The position numbers and the translations under genes are program-made. The notes beneath the pieces were generated by a model. It made no database searches. It worked only from the letters and a program-made list of their open reading frames with translations, and was not told where the DNA came from. 16,900 nt of DNA from Candidatus Iainarchaeum sp. (GTDB taxonomy: Archaea > Iainarchaeota > Iainarchaeia > Iainarchaeales > GCA-2688035), in assembly GCA_028713935.1 (NCBI GenBank), contig JAQTNI010000031.1:1-16900 (forward strand), in the 5' to 3' direction. Positions 6,580-13,586 of the stretch are shown here, one piece after another; positions within the stretch are counted from its first letter, which is position 1; each line of letters opens with the position of its first letter.

Positions 6580-7836
6580 TTACCTTTTTTTGAGCAGTAG
6601 TTTGCCTATTTTTTTCTCAAGCTCTTTCAAATAAAAATCCGGGGCTGTTTGTTCTTTTCTGGCTGAGAGAACAATATCCATGGCAGTCTGCGGATCTTTT
6701 TTTGCAATTTTTAATATAATTGCAAAAACTGTGCATTGTTCATGTTTTCCGCGTTCTTCTATATTTAACGCATTTATTAGAATGGGCAATATTTTTTCTT
6801 CAGAATAAGAGCAGAGTGCATCAACTGATTGTGACTCTTTGTTGAAAACTTCATCTCCATAATTGGTTATTGCTTGAAGAGACAGCTTGATTTTTTCTTG
6901 TTCGATTTGGCTAAAAACAGAAAGAAGTTCTGGAAAATTTGCCTGTTTAATTGGCCGTAATTCCTTTTTCAAAAACAACACAATCCATTCATTAGACAAG
7001 TTTGTAAAAGAATGCCAAAAGCCAAAACCATTAGGGCGCAATACAGGAATAGGCGGGCTATGAGATGAAAATATTGCGGTATTTAATTTTCTTTTCTCAA
7101 CAGAATCAGAATAGGAAAACTTGACACAATTTTTTATATGGCTGTAACCGTTTCTTCCAGGGGCAACTCCGCCAAGAATCGTCACCCACGCTTTCAATGC
7201 TTCAGGATGAGAATTAATTGAATCAAATTCTTTTACTCCTGTGTTGGCTCCGGAAGTTGTGCCGCGCGGTGGGAGCAAAAGGATTCTTTCAACTGTGGTT
7301 TGGCCTTTTTCATCAGTCATTAAAATGAAGCTTTTTTTCCTTCTAACTACAGCCATTTTTTTGTCAAAAAATCTTTCCCTAATTTCTTTTTGCAATAAGC
7401 CGCTATGCAAAATCTCGTCAAAATTGAAAACTCTAGTATTCCATAAGAAATCGAAATGGGCGCGGTATGCAGAAGCAGTTTCCTTGCTTTTTATAACAAA
7501 AACAAAAATTGGCTTAAGAAACCACAAGAATATTGCTACCCTGTCCCCGTATATTAGGGTAGTTGCAGGCCCTGCGTATTCTGGCGGAATCGGCTTGAAT
7601 TCAGACAATGCGCTTTTTAGGAAACCCCTGCCTTCTACATATAATTGCCTGGCTGTGATGCCTTTCTTTTCCCTTTCCTTCAAATACCATTGGGTAAACT
7701 CTGGATCGATTTCCATTGCCCGGTCTGTTGCTCCCCATCCAACAAATGGTTTGCCTACCTGAATCAAATCAGTAAATGCTTTTTTGAAAGCATTTTTTCC
7801 TCTGAAAACTATGATTTCGGGAGTTAACTGGGCCAT
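6580..7836 (-). CDS. Hypothetical 418-aa protein; N-terminal ~135 aa resemble the effector (C-terminal) domain of TrmB-family regulators without any HTH
   Basis: This is a long ORF with no plausible competing frame. The N-terminus reads PEIIVFRGKNAFKKAFTDLIQ...YLKEREKKGITARQLYVEG...TTLIYGDRVAIFLWFLKPIFVFVIKSKETASAYRAHFDFLWN. That follows the pattern of TrmB-like regulator C-terminal domains (..iYgdkvai...p.aI.I.n..ia.....F..lW). I did not recognise the remaining ~280 aa. Confidence 0.55.
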   Translation of the reverse strand: MAQLTPEIIVFRGKNAFKKAFTDLIQVGKPFVGWGATDRAMEIDPEFTQWYLKEREKKGITARQLYVEGRGFLKSALSEFKPIPPEYAGPATTLIYGDRVAIFLWFLKPIFVFVIKSKETASAYRAHFDFLWNTRVFNFDEILHSGLLQKEIRERFFDKKMAVVRRKKSFILMTDEKGQTTVERILLLPPRGTTSGANTGVKEFDSINSHPEALKAWVTILGGVAPGRNGYSHIKNCVKFSYSDSVEKRKLNTAIFSSHSPPIPVLRPNGFGFWHSFTNLSNEWIVLFLKKELRPIKQANFPELLSVFSQIEQEKIKLSLQAITNYGDEVFNKESQSVDALCSYSEEKILPILINALNIEERGKHEQCTVFAIILKIAKKDPQTAMDIVLSARKEQTAPDFYLKELEKKIGKLLLKKR

Positions 7837-7907
7837 GAAAAAAATGTGCCAAGAAACATTAAAAAGGGTATAGACCTGCTTTGCCCTGTCAGAGTTGGCT
7901 CTTTGCC

Positions 7908-7926
7908 AGTCCTGGTAGCCAGGACT
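7908..7926. promoter_or_regulatory. Perfect inverted repeat AGTCCTGG-tag-CCAGGACT in the divergent intergenic region
   Basis: It has 8-bp arms and a 3-nt loop. It lies between the 418-aa gene (minus) and the RHH antitoxin gene (plus), ~25 nt upstream of the TATA-like TATTTAATTA (7952-7961). Confidence 0.35.
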
Positions 7927-7992
7927 TTAAAAAACTGCTCCTGCCGAAAGCTATTTAATTAGTTTGACTAAGTTTATGTTAGGTTAAGTTAT

Positions 7993-8256
7993 ATGCAGAA
8001 AACTGTTGCAGTGAATGTGAAAGTAAAAGATTATACCAACAGGGTAATCGGGGTTGTAAAGGAGAGGTATGGCCTGAAAGACAAGGGAGAAGCGCTTGAC
8101 AAGTTTGCTGAGCTTTGCGGCGAAGAATTTGTTGAACCAGAAGTCAGGGAAGAAGTTATTAGGGAAGTAATTGAATCATGCGAAAGGCACATAAAAAAAT
8201 ACGGTTTCAGGAAAACCAGCATTAAGGAACTGGACAAGCTTTGCAGAGGCGAATAA
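7993..8256 (+). CDS. RHH-type antitoxin (RelB-like; archaeal DUF2683-like)
   Basis: 87 aa. AVNVKVKDYTNRVIGVVKERYGLKDKGEALDKFAE gives a beta-strand/helix/helix RHH pattern. Its stop TAA is immediately followed by the toxin ATG (8254-8259 TAAATG). Confidence 0.65.
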   Translation: MQKTVAVNVKVKDYTNRVIGVVKERYGLKDKGEALDKFAELCGEEFVEPEVREEVIREVIESCERHIKKYGFRKTSIKELDKLCRGE

Positions 8257-8538
8257 ATGCCTTTCTCTTTCGGCTTGTCTGATGAGCTTAAGGCAGAAAT
8301 AAAAATTCTGTCAAAAAGAGACAGGAAGACATGCGAAATACTGAACAAAAAAATAATAGAAATAGCAAACTCTGATGAAACAACAATAGAGCACTACAAA
8401 AATCTTCGCCATGACTTAAAAGAGTACAAAAGAGTGCACATTGCAAAAAGCTTTGTATTGCTGTTCAAGGTCTTTAAAAAAGAGAATTTCATTCTTTTTG
8501 ACAAATTCAGGCACCATGACGACATTTACAAAAAATAA
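8257..8538 (+). CDS. relE: RelE/ParE-superfamily type II toxin (mRNA interferase-like)
   Basis: 93 aa. LSDELKAEIKILSKRDRKTCEILNKKIIEIANSDE...YKNLRHDLKEYKRVHIAKSFVLLFKVFKKENFILFDKFRHHDDIY matches the RelE/StbE layout (f.k.lkkL.k......i.kki..l...P....k.L.g.l.g.yR.ri.g.yRliY.i......i.ll.ig.H.diY). Confidence 0.75.
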   Translation: MPFSFGLSDELKAEIKILSKRDRKTCEILNKKIIEIANSDETTIEHYKNLRHDLKEYKRVHIAKSFVLLFKVFKKENFILFDKFRHHDDIYKK

Positions 8539-8579
8539 AGCAGGAATTACAGAAAAAACAGCAGACACTGGACAATTTT
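8532..8579 (+). pseudogene. Orphan remnant of a nucS 3' end (right copy of the direct repeat), encoding KIKQELQKKQQTLDNF
   Basis: The frame starting at 8529 reads QKIKQELQKKQQTLDNF. Compare KIKGLQKKQQTIDKF (nucS-2) and HIKGLQKKQQTLDKF (nucS-1). It contains an 18-nt exact match to 6533-6550 at 8550-8567. No nucS body lies upstream, since it abuts and overlaps the relE stop. Confidence 0.55.
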
Positions 8580-8602
8580 CATAAAATTAATTCAAAAAAT
8601 AG

Positions 8603-8613
8603 TTTTATATTTT
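8603..8613 (+). promoter_or_regulatory. Candidate TATA box for the AdoMetDC-like gene
   Basis: TTTTATATTTT is centred ~26 nt upstream of ATG 8634. Confidence 0.4.
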
Positions 8614-8633
8614 GTTAAACGCTTTGTGTTAAT

Positions 8634-9005
8634 ATGGCTGATTTAGAACCAAAAATTTACAGGCAAAGACTGATTATTGAAGGACATTATTCAATTCAAG
8701 CTGATGGCGAAACAATTAGAGATTATTTAAACAAGCTTTCAAAAGTGTGTGAAATGAGAATTTTTTCAGGGCCTTATTCCTGGCCTCCGGATAAATGGGA
8801 TAACCCCGAAGTCAAATTATTTGAATTAAACGGATTTGTAGCATGGACTGAAAGCGGAAGCCACGTATACGCCTGGAGACACTGCAACTTCTTCACAGTA
8901 GATGTCTACAGCTGCAAAAAATTCAATACAACCAAAGTTACCAACTTCACAAAAAAATACTGGAAATCAAAAGACCTAAAACACAAAAAAATAAACGCAA
9001 TCTAA
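8634..9005 (+). CDS. S-adenosylmethionine decarboxylase-like (SpeH/AdoMetDC class 1 fold) pyruvoyl-enzyme homolog
   Basis: 123 aa. GFVAWTESGSHVYAWRHCNFFTVDVYSCKKF aligns by eye to the SpeH core ...vvisESHltiHTWPEygyaaiDlFTCG, with an ES candidate self-cleavage site, aromatic-W, and a D-x-(F/Y)-(T/S)-C motif. It has an extra Gly-Ser between ES and H. Confidence 0.5.
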   Translation: MADLEPKIYRQRLIIEGHYSIQADGETIRDYLNKLSKVCEMRIFSGPYSWPPDKWDNPEVKLFELNGFVAWTESGSHVYAWRHCNFFTVDVYSCKKFNTTKVTNFTKKYWKSKDLKHKKINAI

Positions 9006-9156
9006 AAACTCTTTAATTCACTGCAAACAAACTCTCGTTAGCTTCCTTCTTTTCATTAACCAGTGGGACTTGCACCTGTAGATCGGTATGGGAGGCGAAA
9101 AGCAGGCTATGATAGACAAATTCTTCTGAAATCAGCGGAAACCCGCTTCTGCTTGG

Positions 9157-9167
9157 TTTAAATTTTT
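9157..9167 (+). promoter_or_regulatory. Candidate TATA box for the XPD-like helicase gene
   Basis: TTTAAATTTTT is centred ~27 nt upstream of ATG 9189. This supports 9189 rather than the track's TTG at 9168. Confidence 0.4.
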
Positions 9168-9188
9168 TTGTTTTGCTCTTATTTGCTT

Positions 9189-11132
9189 ATGGAGCAGGAT
9201 TATTCAGATTTTTTTCCTTATGAAGAATTCAAGCCCTTGCAGATAAACGCAATGGATTTTGTTTCAGAGGTTGTTGAAAGCAAAACAATAGGCCTGTTCG
9301 AGGCTTATTGCGGCTTTGGAAAAACAATTGCAACTTTTGCGCCTGTCCTCGCTGCAGGAAAAAAAATTCTGCTTTTAACCCCCACTTATTCCGCGAGAAA
9401 CGCAGCAACAGCGGAAGCACTGAAAATAAACAAGGTCAAGGGCAAAAAAATCAGGATTGCTGATTTGCGCGGCAAGCAGGTCATGTGCAGGAAATTTGAA
9501 AAGGATTTTTTCAGCCACGAGGCCTGCCTGAATGCAGTGAAATACAAAAAGGACTGTGAATATTATTCCAATACTTTTTCAAAAAACAGGATGCTTTCAA
9601 AAGAAGCAAGCTCCACAATTAGCAATTTGCAGAGAACAGTGACTGAAAATCCGCAAAAATTTTTCGGCTCAGGCCTGATTGAAAAAGAGCCCTTGTTTTT
9701 CCAGGCTTTCCAGAAAACCTGCGATTCAAAAGGGCTGTGCTCTTACGAAATAATGAAAAAAATGATTGAAGAGGCAGACATTGTAATCCTGGATTATTTC
9801 TGGTGCTTCACTGGAATTTTCCATATCCTCAAAAAATTAATCAATCCAAAGGAATTCGTATTGCTTGTTGACGAAGCAGACATGCTTGTGGAAAGGCTTT
9901 ACACTGATTTTCAGGTACAACTTGGCCTGCAGGGCCTCCAGAGGCTTTCCAAGCAGGCAGGCCTTCTTCTTTCAAGCGGGGAATTGCAGGAAACAGACAT
10001 TGAATTCCTTTCAGAATTCATTCGGCATGCTTCTGAGTTTATCCAGAAAAACAATCCTGAAAGGCCTTTGGAACCGCAAGTGATAATTGATTTTTTTGTA
10101 AAAAAATTCAGGGAAAATGCAAGAGAACAGGGCCTCGAGGGAAACATTGGCTTTGAAACAATAATTGAAAACCTTTCAACTGTTGCAGAAGCAATTTCCG
10201 GTTCCGAAGAATTTGAAAAAGCAAGCGCAAGGCCGGATATTTTCCTTGCACACCTTGAAAAAATAAAAAATTCTTCCGAATACCTGTCTTTTATTTCAAA
10301 GGCAAAAAACAGGATAATTGTAAAGCCGTTTGAAATAAACAGCATTGTCCTTGCAAACGGAATGACTCTTTACTCCACGCTAAAGGAATTCCAGAGCGCA
10401 ATTCTTTTTTCAGCCACTCTCGGGGATTCTGTTTTGTTCCAGAAAGAGCTTGGCCTTAATCCTGAAGAAACAAAAATTTTCAAGGCGGCAAGCATGCCCC
10501 ACAAAAATCTCCTGGTTTTGATTGACACAGAGCTTGACTCAACCTACAAGGCAAGGGACAGGAATTTTTTTGAATACATTGAAAAAATAAAGGCAATCAG
10601 GCAGGCAGACAATTCCCTGCTTGTGAGCTGCTGCAATTCTTTTGAAGCGGAAAAAATCCTGAAAGAACTGCCTTTTTTGGAAAATGCCGAACAAGCGGAA
10701 AACCTTTTGCCTGAAAAAACATACGTACTGAACATAAGGACAAAGCATGCGAGAAGCACAAACAAGGCAAAAAGAATGCGCAATTGCATAATAATCGGCC
10801 TGCCATTGCCTGACTATTCCGATTTTTATTTCAAGCAGAGAAAAGATTACCTTGAAAAAAAATACGGCAAATCAGAGGCAGGCAGGCTGATTAACGGGAA
10901 AGCAGTCCACACTGCTGTGCAATTAATGGGCAGGATTACAAGGGATTTGACAAGCCCGAAAACAATCACTCTTGCTGACAGGAGATATGTTCGGGATTTT
11001 TTTTTGGGGGACTTTTATTTCAAGTCAATTCCGGATTATCTGAAGCCATACATCAAAACAGTTGATTCAACGCAAAAACTCAAAATGGAAATAAGGGCTT
11101 TCTGGCAGAACGCGAAGATGGAGCAGGATTGA
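9189..11132 (+). CDS. xpd: XPD/Rad3-family (DinG-like) superfamily 2 DNA helicase with an Fe-S cluster domain
   Basis: Walker A is EAYCGFGKT and the DEAH-type box is LLVDEADML. Cys residues spaced as in the XPD 4Fe-4S domain occur at VMCRKF, EACLN, KDCEYY and GLCSYE. Motif VI is VQLMGRITRD. Size is ~647 aa from ATG 9189. Confidence 0.8.
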   Translation: MEQDYSDFFPYEEFKPLQINAMDFVSEVVESKTIGLFEAYCGFGKTIATFAPVLAAGKKILLLTPTYSARNAATAEALKINKVKGKKIRIADLRGKQVMCRKFEKDFFSHEACLNAVKYKKDCEYYSNTFSKNRMLSKEASSTISNLQRTVTENPQKFFGSGLIEKEPLFFQAFQKTCDSKGLCSYEIMKKMIEEADIVILDYFWCFTGIFHILKKLINPKEFVLLVDEADMLVERLYTDFQVQLGLQGLQRLSKQAGLLLSSGELQETDIEFLSEFIRHASEFIQKNNPERPLEPQVIIDFFVKKFRENAREQGLEGNIGFETIIENLSTVAEAISGSEEFEKASARPDIFLAHLEKIKNSSEYLSFISKAKNRIIVKPFEINSIVLANGMTLYSTLKEFQSAILFSATLGDSVLFQKELGLNPEETKIFKAASMPHKNLLVLIDTELDSTYKARDRNFFEYIEKIKAIRQADNSLLVSCCNSFEAEKILKELPFLENAEQAENLLPEKTYVLNIRTKHARSTNKAKRMRNCIIIGLPLPDYSDFYFKQRKDYLEKKYGKSEAGRLINGKAVHTAVQLMGRITRDLTSPKTITLADRRYVRDFFLGDFYFKSIPDYLKPYIKTVDSTQKLKMEIRAFWQNAKMEQD

Positions 11133-11150
11133 CAATTCTCGTTTGAGTGC

Positions 11151-11160
11151 TTTTTTAAAT
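11151..11160 (+). promoter_or_regulatory. Candidate TATA box for valS
   Basis: TTTTTTAAAT is centred ~25 nt upstream of TTG 11180. Confidence 0.35.
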
Positions 11161-11179
11161 TCTTTCTTATAATTGTTTT

Positions 11180-13582
11180 TTGAGTGGTTTTTTGGCTATT
11201 GATGAGAAATCCTGGTCCAAGGAAATTGAACAGGCAGTTATTGAAAACTGGCAGAAAAATTTCCCTTATAAATTCAATTCTGCTTCAAAGAAAAAAGTGT
11301 TTTCAATAGATACTCCTCCGCCTTATGTCAACACTCCAATTCATATCGGGCAGGCAACAACTTATGTTTTAATGGATTTTTTTGCGCGCTTCAAGAGAAT
11401 GAAGGGCTTTGAAGTGCTTTTTCCGCTTGGCCTTGACAGGAACGGATTGCCAATTGAAATGGCTGCTGAAAAAAAGTTTAAAATAAGGCTTAACGAAATT
11501 CCGCGCGAAGAATTTATTGCAAAGTGCAGGCAGGTTCTTGAAGAAAGCAGCTCTGAATCAATTGATTCTTTTTTGAAGCTTGGCATTAGCTTTAATTCTT
11601 TAAAGCAGGGAAAAGAAATTGGTTCGCTTTACCTTACTGATTCTCCGGAATACAGGGCAATTACACAGGCAACTTTTATTGACCTTTACAAAAAAGGCCT
11701 TGTTTATGAAGATGAAAGAATTACGAATTATTGCCCTGGCTGCAGGACAACAATTGCGGATTCGGAAGTGGAGTATGCGGATTTGCCCTCCAAATTCAGT
11801 GACATTGTTTTTAAGGTGAAAGAAACTGGCGAGCAAATAATCATTGGGACAACAAGGCCTGAGCTTGTCTGCACCTGTGGAATGGTAATATTCAATCCAG
11901 AAGATGAAAGATACAGGCATCTTGAAGGAAAAACAGCTGTTTCCCCGATTTTTGAAAAAGAAATTCCAATAAAAGCGCATCCAATGGCGGAAATTGGGAA
12001 AGGCACTGGCTTGGTAATGATGTGTTCCGCTGGAGACCTTTCAGACATCCGCTTTTTCAGGGAAATGAATCTGCAGCCAGTAATTGCAATTGGCTCTGAC
12101 GGAAAAATGAATTCCAATGCAGGGTTTTTGCAGGGGCTGCGTGTGCGTGAGGCAAGGCAAAAAATGATTGAAGAACTGAAAACAAGGGGCTTGTTTGCTG
12201 GCCAAAAGGATGTTGCCCACAGGACTCCAATTTGTGAAAGAAGCAAGGACGAAATTGAATTCATTTCAATGCAGGAATTTTACCTTGAACAGGTGAAATT
12301 CAAGGGCAAAATGAAAGAGCTTGCGGAAAAAATAAATTTTTTTGACTCCAAAAGCAGGCAAATGCTTTTGGATTGGATTGATTCTGTTTCAATTGACTGG
12401 CCGATTTCAAGAAGAAGATATTATGCAACTGAAATTCCTTTGTGGTACTGCAAAAAATGTTCCTCGCCTTTTCTCCCGCTAAAAGGAAAATATTACCAGC
12501 CATGGAAAGACTCCCCTCCCACAAAAAAATGCCCCAAATGCGGAGCAACGGAATTCAAAGGCGAGGAAAGGGTTTTTGACACATGGTTTGATTCCTCAAT
12601 AAGCCCGCTTTTTATTTTGGGCTATGAACGCAACGAAAAATTTTTCAAAAATTCTTTTCCCTGCACTTTAAGGCCCCAGGGAAAAGAAATTGTAAGGACC
12701 TGGCTTTATTACACAGTGCTCAAATGTTACCTGCTTACTGGAAAATGCGTTTTCAGGGATGCCTGGATTAATTACCACATTGTTGACGAAAAAGGAAACA
12801 AAATGAGCAAAAGCAAGGGAAACATTATTGACCCCCACCAGGTACTGGAAAAATTCGGTGCCGAACCCTTTAGATTGTGGAGTGCAATTGAAGGGGATTT
12901 GACAAAAACAGATTTCAGGTGCAGTTTTGAAAGGATTGCGGGAGCCCAAAAAACACTTGTAAAGCTCTGGAATGTTGCGCGCTTCATTTCTCTTTTTCCA
13001 AGGCCAAAGCAAAAAGCAAAAACAAAGCCAAGGGAAATTGACAAGTGGATAATCCAGGAAATGGATGAAATTACTGCCTTTTCTTCAGATTGCTTTGAAA
13101 AATATGATTTTCACGGCCCTGCAGTAAAAATAAAAAATTTTTTGTGGGAAACATTTGCATCGCACTATTTGGAAATTGCAAAAAGCCGCGCTTACAACGA
13201 CAAAAAAACCTTTTCAAAGGCAGAACAGGAAGCTGCTGTTTCTACTTTGTATTATTGCCTTGAAACAATGCTCAAAATCCTTTCTCCAATACTGCCAATG
13301 CTTGCTTTCAGGATTTATTCGGATTTGAACAACGGAAAAGACATTCATTCTGAAAAATTCCCAAAACCTGGAAAAAAACAAAAATTTTCTTTTTCTGCGC
13401 AGGAATTGTGCGAGCTTGACAGCGCAGCCTGGAAAGCAAAAAAAGAGGCCGGCAAAGGCCTAAGGGACGAAATTGCGGAACTCGTGCTTGAAAAAAAATT
13501 TTCGGGAATTGCAAAGGATTTGCAGGAAACCCACAATGCAAAAAAAATTTCCTTTGGAGAAAAAACAGAAATAAAAATCTGA
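11180..13582 (+). CDS. valS: Valyl-tRNA synthetase (compact archaeal type, 800 aa), apparent TTG start
   Basis: Class Ia signatures: IDTPPPYVNTPIHIGQA (HIGH region, 11342-11353 encodes HIGQ) and NKMSKSKGN (KMSKS). The CP1/editing region TTRPELVCTCGMVIFNPEDERY and GTGLVMMCSAGDLSD match the ValRS patterns TTRPET...HPeDeRY and GTGavk.tPAHD. Zn-knuckle motifs are YCPGC, WYCKKC and KCPKCG. The in-frame reading opens at 11159 after a TAA, and the first in-frame ATG lies beyond the HIGH motif. Confidence 0.8.
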   Translation: MSGFLAIDEKSWSKEIEQAVIENWQKNFPYKFNSASKKKVFSIDTPPPYVNTPIHIGQATTYVLMDFFARFKRMKGFEVLFPLGLDRNGLPIEMAAEKKFKIRLNEIPREEFIAKCRQVLEESSSESIDSFLKLGISFNSLKQGKEIGSLYLTDSPEYRAITQATFIDLYKKGLVYEDERITNYCPGCRTTIADSEVEYADLPSKFSDIVFKVKETGEQIIIGTTRPELVCTCGMVIFNPEDERYRHLEGKTAVSPIFEKEIPIKAHPMAEIGKGTGLVMMCSAGDLSDIRFFREMNLQPVIAIGSDGKMNSNAGFLQGLRVREARQKMIEELKTRGLFAGQKDVAHRTPICERSKDEIEFISMQEFYLEQVKFKGKMKELAEKINFFDSKSRQMLLDWIDSVSIDWPISRRRYYATEIPLWYCKKCSSPFLPLKGKYYQPWKDSPPTKKCPKCGATEFKGEERVFDTWFDSSISPLFILGYERNEKFFKNSFPCTLRPQGKEIVRTWLYYTVLKCYLLTGKCVFRDAWINYHIVDEKGNKMSKSKGNIIDPHQVLEKFGAEPFRLWSAIEGDLTKTDFRCSFERIAGAQKTLVKLWNVARFISLFPRPKQKAKTKPREIDKWIIQEMDEITAFSSDCFEKYDFHGPAVKIKNFLWETFASHYLEIAKSRAYNDKKTFSKAEQEAAVSTLYYCLETMLKILSPILPMLAFRIYSDLNNGKDIHSEKFPKPGKKQKFSFSAQELCELDSAAWKAKKEAGKGLRDEIAELVLEKKFSGIAKDLQETHNAKKISFGEKTEIKI

Positions 13583-13586
13583 GATT

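Larger units (their letters stand above)
6563..8531. mobile_element. Candidate ~2-kb inserted cassette (orphan 418-aa gene plus RelB/RelE-like pair) bracketed by nucS 3'-end repeats
   Basis: It is flanked by the imperfect direct repeats 6518-6562 and 8532-8579. The cargo is accessory-type. No integrase or transposase is visible, so its mobility is only inferred. Confidence 0.3.

Noticed and set aside
9100-9150. Possible C/D-box sRNA (ATGATAG ... CTGA ... CTGC) in the 9006-9188 spacer.
   Set aside because: The C box is imperfect, there is no C' box, the terminal D box is CTGC rather than CTGA, and there is no terminal stem. This is not convincing.
9168-9188. TTG start at 9168 for the helicase (MFCSYLL...).
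   Set aside because: The TATA-like box 9157-9167 abuts it. ATG 9189 is 27 nt downstream of the box, and the helicase N-terminus (MEQDYSDFFPYEEFKPLQ) is family-typical from there.
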